This document shows, piece after piece, positions 29,800 through 40,233 of a stretch of DNA of 64,000 nucleotides. The stretch comes from an uncultured Thermoleophilia bacterium (GTDB taxonomy: Bacteria; Actinomycetota; Thermoleophilia; UBA2241): the NCBI GenBank assembly GCA_963735345.1, contig CAVTKL010000013.1, forward strand, positions 321,130-385,129, given 5' to 3'. The first letter of the stretch is position 1. Each line of letters begins with the position of its first letter. Below the pieces are notes generated by a model that ran no database searches, had not been told where the DNA came from, and saw only the letters and a program-made list of their open reading frames with translations. A program made the position numbers and the translations under genes.

Positions 29800-31092
29800 C
29801 TAGGCCCCGGAGACCCCGCTCACCGACAGTTCCAGCGGTCCGTCAGAAATGCGCACGTCATCCTCACCAAAGGTCGCCGCCCAGTTGGTGCCATAGCGGA
29901 AGTCGAACCCTACTCGGCCCGGATCGCAGGTCTCCACGTCGAACTCGAGATGGACGGCGTCGATGACTCGGCGAAAGGCCTGAGTCGCAGCCAGCTCGAG
30001 ACGGTATCTTCCCGACGCCAGCGGCAGTCGACGTATGTCGAGCGTGATCGGCAAACGCGCCGAGACGGGAACGAAGCTGCTCCTGCCGAAAGAGCTCTGG
30101 CGCCCCGAACACGACCGGCTGTCCGACGATCGTGACGATCCTCCATTCGACGTTGAAGGCCAGCTCTTCGCGACCCACGCAGGCCATTTCGACGTGCAGG
30201 CTGGTCAGGGAGTCCTCGTCCTGCGTCGACGTCCAGAACGTGCGCCTCAGCGATCGCGACGTCCGCCATCGACTGCTCGTCGTCCGCCCTGCGGACGGTG
30301 AAGACGGTGCCCTGAGTGCCACCCTCGGCGACGTACTCGTCGACGATTTCGTCGACGTCTCCCACCTGCACGAGTCGACCCAGCGTCGAGAAGAGCACAG
30401 CGCGTGCACAGGGCGCGCACGGCGCCCATGTTGTGGCTGACGAAGACGACGGTCCTGCCGCTGCTGGCGACCTGCTCCATCTTGCCGAGGCACTTCTTCT
30501 GGAACTCGGCGTCGCCGACGGCAAGCACCTCGTCGACGATGAGGATCTCCGGGTCGAGGGACGAGGCGACCGCGAACGCAAGCCGCACGTACATGCCGCT
30601 CGAGTAGCGCTTCACGGGTGTGTCGAGGAAGCGTCCGATCTCGCTGAACTCGACGATCTCGTCGAACTTGCGCTTGATCTCGGCGCGCGTCATGCCCAGG
30701 ATCGCGCCGTTCAGCAGGATGTTCTCGCGACCGGTCAGCTCGTTGTGGAAGCCGGTGCCCACCTCGAGGAGGCTCGCCACCCGCCCTCTGATCTCGGCCC
30801 GCCCTTCGGTCGGCTCAGTGATGTGAGAGAGCACCTTCAGCAGCGTGCTCTTGCCGGAGCCATTGCGTCCGATCACGCCCATCACTTCGTCGCGCTTCAC
30901 CTCGAAGCTGATGTCCCTGAGCGCCCAGAGCGTCTCCGAGGTGTGGGTAGCGGCGCCAGGGTGGCGAAGACGCTCGAGCGGGCGCTTGGCGGCCTGCGTG
31001 AGCGTGTCACGCAGCGTTCGATAGCTCGCACGCTCACCACCGATGCGGTACATCTTGCCAAGGCCGACCGTACGCAGGGCGACGTCGCTCAT
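29800..31092 (-). pseudogene. wzt: ABC transporter ATP-binding protein Wzt with C-terminal carbohydrate-binding domain; three apparent frameshifts
   Basis: Walker A GRNGSGKST, signature YSSGM, Walker B ILIVDE. Reading continues in shifted frames (ORFs 29910-30581, 29864-30493, 29800-30054) into a Wzt-C-like beta-sandwich. Confidence 0.7.
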
Positions 31093-31095
31093 CGT

Positions 31096-31963
31096 TCACA
31101 CCACATCGGCGAACACACGCTCCATTCTCTTGAAGTAGAACAAGCCGAAGACGAACAGCACGACGATCACTACCGTCGAGATCCACATGTAGCCGCCCGG
31201 AGCCTGCTGACCGAGCAACGCCCAGCGGAAGCCGCCGATCACTCCCGTCATCGGGTTCAGGGCGAAGATGACACGCAAAGGCCCTTCCGGGATACTGCTG
31301 ATCGGGTAGATCACGGGGCTCACGAACATCCAGAGCTGAACCAGGAACGGGATGACGTACTGCACGTCGCGATACAGGACATTGAGGGCGCTCAGCCAGA
31401 GACTGACGGCGAGCGCGGTGACAAGCGCGAGCAGGACGAACAGCGGCAGAAAGACGATGTGCCATGTGGGGGCGATCCCATACGCAGCCATGAGTCCGAT
31501 CAGCACCACGAACGAGACGCCGAGGTCGACTAGCCCGGCCAGCACCGCCGAGACGGGGATCACCAGCCGCGGAAAGTAGACCTTGGTGATGAGGTTCGCG
31601 TTGCCGACGAGGCTCACGCCGGAGCGCGACAGCGCTCCGGCGAAGAACTGCCACGGCAGCAGCCCGGCGAAGCTGAACACCGGGTAGGGGATACCGGAGG
31701 TCGAGTCCTGACCGATCCCGAGCATCTTGTTGAACACGACCGTGAACACCACCATCGTGAGGAGCGGCTGCAGGATCGCCCAAGCCACGCCGATGACGGC
31801 CTGCTTGTAGCGGACGAGAATGTCCCGCCACGTGAGGAAGTAGAGAAGCTCGCGATACTCCCACAGCTCACCGAAGCCGAGCGCCGCCCAGCCACGCTTG
31901 CGTTCGTAGACGACGAAACCCCTTGTCCGCCGGCGCGCTGGCTGCCTTCGCGATGCCCATCAT
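31096..31963 (-). CDS. wzm: ABC-2 type polysaccharide exporter permease Wzm (N-terminal frameshift or non-canonical start)
   Basis: ABC-2 signature region ELWEYRELLYFLTWRDILVRYKQAVIGVAWAILQPLL is in frame upstream of the called GTG 31788, with no in-frame ATG/GTG. An ATG at 31963 is in the +1 frame. Confidence 0.65.
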
Positions 31964-32382
31964 CTCCCTTCCGCGGCGATCCACCTCATGTCCCCGGCCA
32001 GAGACAGACCTGCTCCGAGGCTCCGACAACGGCAGTAGCCCACGTTAGAGGCGGGCGAGTAGTCTAGCACTCCGCATCTACCCCGCCTGAGCTCCTGTCG
32101 GCATGCAGGTCCGACGTCGTCCCAGTGGACTACGCGTTCCTGCCGTTCTATCGGCACCCTGGCGAGAAAGCGTAGTCTTCGTGTGAGTCTTGGTAGACTT
32201 GCCACGTTCGGGGCTCCGACTCCACGCGATGCGATGGCGAGCGAAGGAGGAGTGGTGGCGGATTTCGTCGAGGCTGGCAGATCGTTCGAGGAGACAAGCG
32301 AGGCTGGCGCCGGTCGCACTCATCGAACGCGCAGCGCGAAGCAGCCCGGTGATCTTACGTCACGGACCCCAGAGGAGGACGC

Positions 32383-33237
32383 GTGACCCATACGCCCCGC
32401 ATCTCCGTGGTGACACCCTCCTTCCAGCAGGCGGCGTTCGTCGAGGCGACCCTCCGTTCGGTCGTCGACCAGAAATACGAGGGGCTGGAGTACGTCGTCA
32501 TCGACGGCGGCTCGACTGACGGTAGCGTCGAGATCATCGAGCGATACGAGAAGCACCTGGCGTACTGGGTGAGTGAACCTGACAACGGCCACGCGCATGC
32601 TCTGAACAAGGGCTTCGCTCGGACCAGCGGCGACATCATGTGCTGGATCAACAGCTCCGATCTGCACTATCCCTGGACGCTGCAGACAGTCGCCGACGTG
32701 TTCGAGTCCCTGCCGGAGGTGGAATGGGTGATGGGGATGCCCTCTCAGTTCTCGACCATGGGCGGCCCGAAGAGCGTCGGCCAGAGCTCAATGAACGTGT
32801 ACGATTTCCTCGCCGGCAACTACCGGTGGATCCAGCAGGAGTCTGTGTTCTGGCGCCGCAGCCTTTGGGAACGTGCCGGTGGGGAGCTGAACGACAGGCT
32901 CGTCTGCGCCGCGGACTTCGACCTCTGGCTGCGGTTCCTGCGCCTTGCCCCCCTGTGCCACGTTGGCACACTGCTCGCCGGGTTCCGCGTCCACGACAAC
33001 CGTCTCGGCGAAGTCGGCAACGGGCTGTACGAGCGCGAGACCACGGCCCTGCACGCGGAGTTCGTGGCTGCGTTCGGTCGCCGCGACTTGCGCAGGGCCC
33101 GCCTCGTGCGCGCCGTCGGCGCCGGTCGGCGAAAGGTCGTCGGACAGGCGCTCCACAAGGTCGGTGTCTGGCCGTGGTACAGGCACCCCGACGTGCGCTT
33201 CGACTTCAACGCCGAGCGATGGTCTCTACGCAAATGA
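32383..33237 (+). CDS. Glycosyltransferase family 2
   Basis: ISVVTPSFQQAAFVEATLRSVVDQKYEGLEYVVIDGGSTDGS GT2 motif. SD AGAGGAGG precedes the GTG start. Confidence 0.85.
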   Translation: MTHTPRISVVTPSFQQAAFVEATLRSVVDQKYEGLEYVVIDGGSTDGSVEIIERYEKHLAYWVSEPDNGHAHALNKGFARTSGDIMCWINSSDLHYPWTLQTVADVFESLPEVEWVMGMPSQFSTMGGPKSVGQSSMNVYDFLAGNYRWIQQESVFWRRSLWERAGGELNDRLVCAADFDLWLRFLRLAPLCHVGTLLAGFRVHDNRLGEVGNGLYERETTALHAEFVAAFGRRDLRRARLVRAVGAGRRKVVGQALHKVGVWPWYRHPDVRFDFNAERWSLRK

Positions 33238-34478
33238 CGCCCTGCACCGCGCTGCGTCGACCCCCTCATGTCGTCTTCCTGATCCGCTCGTTCGGGTTTC
33301 CCGAAGGAACCGCGGCGACCAACCGCGTGCGCTTGCTCGGCCGCGCGCTGAAGGATCAGGGCGCGGCCGTGAGCGTCGTCTGCATGCGAGTGAGCGAGAG
33401 CACCGACGCCTGCCTCAACCACGCCGTGCGCGGCACCTGCGAGGGCATCGACTTCTTCTACGCCACCGGCGCTACGGTGCGCTCCAGTTCCTTCCTCATC
33501 AGACGCTACCGGGAGGCGCGTGGGTACTTCGTCTCGCTGGGACGCCTGTGGCGCCTGCACCGCCGCGGCGACCTCGACTGTGTCTATCTCGCGGCTCTGC
33601 CGGAGGCGGACCGGCTCAGCATGTGGCTTGCCCTCCGGTTCGTTGCTTCGCTGGGGGTGCCGATCGTCGTCGAACTCAACGAGTTGCCCAGCGCTGTCGG
33701 CAATCCCTCAGGCCTGCTGACTCGCCGCTTCCCGCCCCTCGACGGCGTGCAGGGCACCGTCGTGATCTCCGCGTGGTTATCGGACTGGGTAGCCGCCGAG
33801 GCGGCACGCACACACCATCCGGTCAAGATCATCGAAGTGCCGATCGTCGTCGATGTCGATGAACAGGACGTCACACCCTACCCGGCGGGATCACCCGTGT
33901 TCGTGTACTCCGCTTCGACCGGGTACGACCGCCATGTGACCTTCGTTCTCAACGCGATGAGGCTGGTGTGGCAGAAGCGTCCCGACTGCCGCCTGACCGT
34001 GACGGGCATGGCCCCCCAGCGAGTTGCCGCTATCGGCGCGAAGGCGGGGATGCACGGCGCGATCAGCGACCGCCGGATCGTCCTCACCGGCTACGTCGAT
34101 CGCGCCGACCTCCTGGAGTACTACCGCAGCGCTGCGGCGCTGCTCATCCCTCTGTTCGACGACCTTCGCTCCCGGGCGCGGTTCCCTACCAAGATCGGCG
34201 AGTACCTCTCTGCGGCGCGGCCCATCGTGACCTCCGAGGTGGGCGAGATCCCGCGCTACTTCACGGACGGGGAGACCGCCTATCTGGCGGCGCCTGGCGA
34301 TGTCACGGCCTTCGCCGCCAAGATGGTGGAGGTCCTCGATGACCCAGGGCGGGCGGCCATGGTCGGCAGCGCAGGGCGACGGCTGGCCGAACAGAACTTC
34401 CGGTACACCGAACACGGTCGCCGCCTGTTCGACTTTATCGGCTCTCTGGCGCCGACAAATCGGGGACAGACGCGATGA
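33234..34478 (+). CDS. Glycosyltransferase family 4
   Basis: GT-B C-terminal motifs (FPTKIGEYLSAARPIV). ATGA overlap with the upstream GT2. Confidence 0.8.
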   Translation: MTPCTALRRPPHVVFLIRSFGFPEGTAATNRVRLLGRALKDQGAAVSVVCMRVSESTDACLNHAVRGTCEGIDFFYATGATVRSSSFLIRRYREARGYFVSLGRLWRLHRRGDLDCVYLAALPEADRLSMWLALRFVASLGVPIVVELNELPSAVGNPSGLLTRRFPPLDGVQGTVVISAWLSDWVAAEAARTHHPVKIIEVPIVVDVDEQDVTPYPAGSPVFVYSASTGYDRHVTFVLNAMRLVWQKRPDCRLTVTGMAPQRVAAIGAKAGMHGAISDRRIVLTGYVDRADLLEYYRSAAALLIPLFDDLRSRARFPTKIGEYLSAARPIVTSEVGEIPRYFTDGETAYLAAPGDVTAFAAKMVEVLDDPGRAAMVGSAGRRLAEQNFRYTEHGRRLFDFIGSLAPTNRGQTR

Positions 34479-35473
34479 GACTGGCCGTCACCATCGACAC
34501 GGAGGCAGACAGCCAGTGGGACCCAGGCATTCCCATCTCGACGCGCAACGTCGAGTTCTGGGAACCCTTCCAGGATCTCTGCGAACGGCACGGAGTGTCC
34601 CCGACCTACCTTGTCGCGACCGAGATCGTGCAGGATGACAAGGCCTGCGCCCTGCTGGACGCATGGAGACGCCGTGGCGTCGCCGAGGTCGGAGCTCATC
34701 TCCATCCGTGGACGACACCCCCCTTCGCCGACCTCCCCGGTCTGCGTCACAACGACCCGGTCCATGCATTCCCCTCGCAGCTCCCCGACGACCTGCTCCA
34801 AGAGAAGACCCTCGTCTTGACCGATCAGATCGCTGGCGCCTTCGGTGCCCGTCCAACCTCGTACCGCGCTGGCCGGTTCGGCCTGGACGCCCGCGGCGCG
34901 GCCTACCTTGCGCAGGCCGGGTACCTCGTGGATTCTTCGGTCACGCCGCTGACGTCGTGGGACGCACATCCAGGTCTCGATGCGGCTGGCGGGCCGGACT
35001 TCAGGCACCACTCTCCCCTGCCGTTCCGAATCGCGACCGGCGGTACGGATGATCTGATCGAGGTCCCGGTGACGGTCCTGACGTCGTACGAGTTGCTCAG
35101 GCGGCTGCCGATCCTTCTCCGCGCCTACAGGACGCTTCCGGTGCGCGCAGTGCGCAAGCTGCTGCTCTCCCGATGGCTGCTGCCGCAGCCGGTGTGGTTG
35201 TCCCCAGACCCACGATACAAGCCCGAGGATCTCGCCCAGACGTGGCGCTGCGCGTCGCACGCCGGTCTCGACACGGCCGTCATGATGTTCCACAGCAGTG
35301 AACTCATGCCCGGCGGCAGTCCCTTCTGGCCGGACGCGCGCGCCGTGAGTACCCTGCTGGCGTGCCTCGACGAGTTCTTCGCATTCGTTCGTCGCGAGGG
35401 TGGCGAGTTCTCGACTCTGACGGGGCTGGCGACGCAACTCGACGCCGGCAGCCTCAGGGTGAAGTCGCTGTGA
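34475..35473 (+). CDS. Putative polysaccharide deacetylase / glycoside-hydrolase-like protein
   Basis: Translationally coupled into the GT operon. Has His-rich motifs (HLHPW, MFHSSEL). Family assignment is tentative. Confidence 0.45.
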   Translation: MRLAVTIDTEADSQWDPGIPISTRNVEFWEPFQDLCERHGVSPTYLVATEIVQDDKACALLDAWRRRGVAEVGAHLHPWTTPPFADLPGLRHNDPVHAFPSQLPDDLLQEKTLVLTDQIAGAFGARPTSYRAGRFGLDARGAAYLAQAGYLVDSSVTPLTSWDAHPGLDAAGGPDFRHHSPLPFRIATGGTDDLIEVPVTVLTSYELLRRLPILLRAYRTLPVRAVRKLLLSRWLLPQPVWLSPDPRYKPEDLAQTWRCASHAGLDTAVMMFHSSELMPGGSPFWPDARAVSTLLACLDEFFAFVRREGGEFSTLTGLATQLDAGSLRVKSL

Positions 35474-35475
35474 AG

Positions 35476-36585
35476 ATGATGCTCCTTGTCGACCGCCTGG
35501 GCAATGGCGGCCTGGAACGACAGCTCGCGCTCGTCGCTACGAGCCTCCCCGAAAGCTGGGAACGGCGTGTATGGGCGATGGGGGGCGGTCCATTCGCGAC
35601 GTACCTGCGAGAGCAAGGCATACCAGTCGCGATCCATGACCGGCGCGCTCGCTTCGACCCCCTGCCCGCGCCGGCACTGTGGCGGGAACTGATCAGATGG
35701 CGACCCGATGTGGTTCACTCATGGCACTGGATGTCGACTGTAGCCGCAGCGCCGATGTGCAGGCTGCTGGGCATCCCTCTCATCGACGGCATGATCCAGA
35801 CGGGCGTACGTCAGCCGGATCACGCTTGGCTGAAGCAGTTCGGCATGCGGTGCGCAACGCTGGTGGCCGCCAACACCCAGGCAGGCCTCGATGCGTGGAA
35901 CGTCTGCCCCGCGAAAGGACGCGTACTCTACAACGGCTTCGATCGCGGCCGCCTTCCCCCAGCCGTCGAGCAGAGGGCTGACGACGCCACGTGCTTCACG
36001 GTGATCATGACGGCACGTATGGAGCCCGTGAAGCATTACGACGTCGTCATCGAGGCCGCGCGCCAGCTCAGTCGTGAGTCAGACGGTTGGCGCTTCGTGC
36101 TCGTCGGTGAGGGCTCGGATCGCGCTCGCCTGCAGGCCACGGCTTCCGAGCTCGTACGCGTCGGCGTCGTGGCATTCCCGCAGCCGCGCATGGAGATCCT
36201 CGAGCTCGTTCGCGACGCCGACGTAGGAGTCCTGATGACCAACCCGGCGTTTGCCAAGGAGGGCCTCTCTAACTCGATCATGGAGTACATGGCTCTGGGC
36301 CTGCCGGTCGTCTGTGGAGACGGCGGGGGCAACCCCGAGCTCGTCCTCGACCAGGTCACAGGGTTCATCGTTCCTCCTGCGAGCCCTGGCGACCTGGCTG
36401 ATCGACTGCGGTACCTGCGCACGCACAGGTCCGAAGGAAGGGCGATGGGTGAGGCGGGGGAGAGACGCATCCGCGAATGCTTCTCCGCGGACGCGATGGT
36501 GGTTCGGGCGACGAGCATCTACGCCGAGGCCATGGACGCCCAAGGCCGGCGCCAACGATGCTCACGTGAGAAGGGCAGGAGCTGA
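35476..36585 (+). CDS. Glycosyltransferase family 4
   Basis: EGLSNSIMEYMALGLPVV GT4 motif. Start ATG at 35476 or GTG at 35470, adjacent to the upstream stop. Confidence 0.8.
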   Translation: MMLLVDRLGNGGLERQLALVATSLPESWERRVWAMGGGPFATYLREQGIPVAIHDRRARFDPLPAPALWRELIRWRPDVVHSWHWMSTVAAAPMCRLLGIPLIDGMIQTGVRQPDHAWLKQFGMRCATLVAANTQAGLDAWNVCPAKGRVLYNGFDRGRLPPAVEQRADDATCFTVIMTARMEPVKHYDVVIEAARQLSRESDGWRFVLVGEGSDRARLQATASELVRVGVVAFPQPRMEILELVRDADVGVLMTNPAFAKEGLSNSIMEYMALGLPVVCGDGGGNPELVLDQVTGFIVPPASPGDLADRLRYLRTHRSEGRAMGEAGERRIRECFSADAMVVRATSIYAEAMDAQGRRQRCSREKGRS

Positions 36586-36641
36586 TTCAGTCGCGAACCT
36601 GACGAGGAGCCACCTGGCCAGGAACGTCGCCGCGCCACCCT

Positions 36642-39600
36642 TCAGTTCACTGTCAACCGTGCCGCCGGGACCTTGCTCGCCACATTGCCGGCGAGATCGG
36701 TCGCCAGCACGCGCCAATTGTAGGTGCCCTTCTTGAGCACCGCTTTGTATCTGCTGATCTGCGCGACATTGCTGATCCGCGTTCCCACGGTGATGGTCTT
36801 CACGACCTTCGTGTGTTTCCTGATCTGGATCTTGACGACGGCCTTGCCGCAACCGGGCAACGCGTCGGTGATCCGGAAGCGGAGCGTCGCCACCCTGCCT
36901 GCCTTCACGGAGACGGCGGTGGCCGCAGTGCTCGGCCTCGCGCTGTCGATATTGACGAAGCCGATCTCGGGGGCCCCGGCGTTCCCGGCCCTGTCAGTCG
37001 CCGAGTACGTGACCGTGTGACTGCCCGCCTCGCTCACGGTGAGAGGGCCCGCGTAGACGGTGCTGGGACCGCCATCGATGCTGTAGCTGATGCTCTCCGC
37101 GCCGGACTTGGCGTCGCTCGCCGTCAGGACGACTGTCTGGTCGGTCTTGAGCCAGCCGCTCGTAGGGGTGCTCGCCAGGACCGGCCTGGACGAGACCGCA
37201 GGGGGCGTCACGTCCACGTTCACATACCCGGCATCGTGGACCGATTCCGTGGCGAGGCTGTCGCTAGCGTAGTACTTGAAGGAGTGTGAGCCCTCCTGGG
37301 CGATGACAACCGCGGCGCTGTCCCCCAAGATATCGGTCCATGTCGCGCCGTCGTCCGTGCTGTAGTGGATGGCGCGCTGCGCACCCCCGCCACCGGCGGC
37401 GCTCACGACCACCGTCTGCGCAAGGTTGTGCCAGCCGGTCGTCGCGGCTGCGGCGAAACTGTACGTCGTCTCGCTGACCGGTGGCGGGGAGTCAACGAGG
37501 ACGGTGAAGCTCCGATCGGCCTCCCGGTTACCTGCGGCGTCGATCGACCGGTAGGAGACGGTGTGCGACCCGTGGCTCAGCACCACGGCCGAGCCGCTAC
37601 GGTATTCGCCGGCATCGTCCACTTTGTACTCGGTCCTGGCGAGGCCCCCCCTCATGCCCGAGAGAGCGTCGGTCGCGCTCAGAACGATCGTCGCCGGAGC
37701 CATCAGCGACGCCACCAGATGATCGTCGGTGGTGACCGGCGAGGTCTTGTCGATGTTCACGAAGCCAGGGGCGTGCGTGGCCTCTGTGGTCAGCGAGTCG
37801 CTGGCATAGTACTGGAAGCGGTGAGAGCCTTCGGCGCTCACCGTCACTTCGGCACTGTCGCCGGCGGTCGTGGTCCACGTGGAACCGGCATCCGTGCTGC
37901 AGTGAATGGAGCGTGAGATGCCGGTGCCGCCGCTCGCCGTGACGGTCACCTTCTGATCGGCGCTCTTCCAGCCGCTGGCGCCGTTCCAGGCGAACACGTA
38001 GTCGCTGCTCGACGTCAGCAGATTCGATGGAACGTATCCGCTCCGCGCCGCAAGGATGGTGCCAGCGTCGCCGACCGTCCACCCCCACGCCGACACGCCA
38101 TAGAGAGGTTTGCCCGTCCCTGAGTCCTGTGGGACCCAGGTGACGCCGCCGTTCGTGGTGACGAGCATCGTCCCGCCCGCGCCACTGATCCAGCCCTGTG
38201 AGGCGTCTCCGAAGGACACGTCATGCAGATCGTTGCCCGTCCCAGAGGACTGGGGTGTCCAGGTGGCTCCGCCGTTTGCCGTTGTGAGGATGGTGCCACC
38301 AACGCCGACCGCCCAGCCATGCGACGGGTCGCTGAAGGCGACGCCGGCAAGATCGACGCCCGTCCCCGAGACCTGTGGAGCCCAGGTGGAGCCGCCGTCG
38401 GCGGTCGCCACGACGGTGCCGCCCACGCCGACCGCCCACGCGTGTTGACTGTCGGTAGCAGCCACATCAGCCAGCCTGCGGACGGTCCCCGAGGCCTGAG
38501 GAGCCCAGGTGGAGCCGTCGGTACTGACGAGGATCGTGCCGCCGGCGCCCACTGCCCAACCCCGCGTGAGGCTGGGCATGGCGACGTCATCGAGGGCCGG
38601 GTACGCCCCGGGCGTCGTCTGCGACGCCCACGTTGCGCCTCCGTCCGCAGTCGCGAGAATGATGCCCTGGGCGCCCGCGACCCACCCGTGAGCGGCGTCG
38701 ACCGCATCGGCGCCGTACAGACTCGTATTGCCGGCCGGCCGGCCCTGGGACACCCACGTGACGCCGGCGTTCGCGGTGGCGAGGATCAACCCGTTGTCGC
38801 TGACTGCCCAGCCGTGCGTCGCGTCGGAGAAGCTGACACCCAACAGAGAACTCAGTGTCCCTGCGCTCAGCTGGCTCCACGTCGCGCCATCGGTGGTGTG
38901 CAGGATGGTCCCATTGACGCCCACCGCCCAACCCGCACTCGTGCCGACTATGGAAGCGCCGGCCAGGTTACTCCCGGGGCCAGCGGTCTGCGCACTCCAA
39001 GTCGTGCCGTCGGCGGTGGCGGCGATCCATCCGCCCTCGCCCACCGCGTAAGCATGCGTGCCGTCGTGACTGCAGGTGATCCATCTGAGGTTTTCGGGGA
39101 CACCTGAGGACTGAGGGACCCAGGTCGCGCCGCCGTCCGTGGTGATGAGCAGGGTTCCGGCGTAGCCCGCCGCGTAGCCATGTACAGCGTCGTCAGCGAA
39201 GGCAACAGCTCTCACGGTCACGCTTGTCCCCGAAGCCTGGGGCCCCCAGATGGCGCCGCCATCCGCGGACGCCACCATCGTGCCGCCGTCGCCGACCGCC
39301 CACACACGCGAGCCGGCGCTGTCGCAGGTGACGCCTCGGAGGAATTGCGTCGTGTTCGACGCCTGCAGGGTCCAGCTGGCGCCGCCGTTCGACGTGGCGC
39401 AGATGACGCCGCCACCGCCGACCGCCCAGCCGAGTGTACCGGTGCTGTCGAAGGCGACGGCATGCAGCCACTCGCCCGTCGGCGCACTACGATGGGTCCA
39501 GGTGACGCCGCCATTGGTCGTCACCAGAATGACTCCGCCGTCACCAGTGACCCAACCATGACGACCATCGCTGTTGAACGCTACCCCCGTCAACCAGAGG

Positions 39601-39863
39601 CGAGTCCCCGAAGCCTGACCGGTCCACGTAGCCCCACCGTCCGCCGTGGCGATGATGGTGCCGTTGGCGCCCACGGCCCAACCGTGCAGGGAATCCGAGA
39701 AGGCGACGCCACTAAGCTGGTTCCCCTGGGGCAAGGGATTCTGCCAGAACCAGGTTCCGTCGCCAGTCGAGACAACAGCTGAAGCCGGACCTGCCGCCGC
39801 GGCGAGAGCCAGAGCCGTCATCAGGGCGGTCACCCAAATCGCAAGGACGTGCCTGGTGTTCAC
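36642..39863 (-). CDS. Large secreted BNR/Asp-box (Ycf48-like / GH74-like) tandem beta-propeller protein with C-terminal Ig-like domains
   Basis: About 16 SxDGGxTW repeats, then C-terminal Ig-like segments. GTG at 39863 is preceded by GAGGAGG and followed by a signal peptide (AAAAGPASA-VV). Confidence 0.8.
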   Translation of the reverse strand: MNTRHVLAIWVTALMTALALAAAAGPASAVVSTGDGTWFWQNPLPQGNQLSGVAFSDSLHGWAVGANGTIIATADGGATWTGQASGTRLWLTGVAFNSDGRHGWVTGDGGVILVTTNGGVTWTHRSAPTGEWLHAVAFDSTGTLGWAVGGGGVICATSNGGASWTLQASNTTQFLRGVTCDSAGSRVWAVGDGGTMVASADGGAIWGPQASGTSVTVRAVAFADDAVHGYAAGYAGTLLITTDGGATWVPQSSGVPENLRWITCSHDGTHAYAVGEGGWIAATADGTTWSAQTAGPGSNLAGASIVGTSAGWAVGVNGTILHTTDGATWSQLSAGTLSSLLGVSFSDATHGWAVSDNGLILATANAGVTWVSQGRPAGNTSLYGADAVDAAHGWVAGAQGIILATADGGATWASQTTPGAYPALDDVAMPSLTRGWAVGAGGTILVSTDGSTWAPQASGTVRRLADVAATDSQHAWAVGVGGTVVATADGGSTWAPQVSGTGVDLAGVAFSDPSHGWAVGVGGTILTTANGGATWTPQSSGTGNDLHDVSFGDASQGWISGAGGTMLVTTNGGVTWVPQDSGTGKPLYGVSAWGWTVGDAGTILAARSGYVPSNLLTSSSDYVFAWNGASGWKSADQKVTVTASGGTGISRSIHCSTDAGSTWTTTAGDSAEVTVSAEGSHRFQYYASDSLTTEATHAPGFVNIDKTSPVTTDDHLVASLMAPATIVLSATDALSGMRGGLARTEYKVDDAGEYRSGSAVVLSHGSHTVSYRSIDAAGNREADRSFTVLVDSPPPVSETTYSFAAAATTGWHNLAQTVVVSAAGGGGAQRAIHYSTDDGATWTDILGDSAAVVIAQEGSHSFKYYASDSLATESVHDAGYVNVDVTPPAVSSRPVLASTPTSGWLKTDQTVVLTASDAKSGAESISYSIDGGPSTVYAGPLTVSEAGSHTVTYSATDRAGNAGAPEIGFVNIDSARPSTAATAVSVKAGRVATLRFRITDALPGCGKAVVKIQIRKHTKVVKTITVGTRISNVAQISRYKAVLKKGTYNWRVLATDLAGNVASKVPAARLTVN

Positions 39864-40233
39864 GTTCAGCCTCCTCGGGCACGCCTCCCGCGCAGAAGGG
39901 TCATGCGCTGCCCCGACAAACCCACCAGCGACGCGTCCAGCCACCGTCCGGCAGCGCCGCAAGGACGTCAGTATCTTAGCCGCTGTGGCGCCCCGAGGTC
40001 GAGATAGACTTGCCCACTGGCAGCGACTCGCCCGCCCGATTCGAATGACCTCAGCCCCGGCACGCGCTGTGATAGGCTGCCAACCGAACCGCCCGAAGGA
40101 CCTGTTCGTGGACGATCATGAATGCGTTAGTTCCGCAGCGGGCTCGTGACGTACCAGACGGATCCTGCGGGCAAGCAGAGACTGGCCGAGCGGAGACTCG
40201 ACCTGCACATGCCGACGCAATGGAGCTGACCTG

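Noticed and set aside
31034-31864. 276-aa minus-strand ORF overlapping wzm
   Set aside because: Alternate frame of the Wzm permease gene. Arg-rich and without TM helices, whereas the wzm frame encodes six clear TM segments.
40025-40045. tRNA T-loop-like GATTCGAAT in the 370-nt intergenic region upstream of the ATP-grasp gene
   Set aside because: Flanking sequence does not form a T-stem, acceptor stem or anticodon arm, so no tRNA can be folded.
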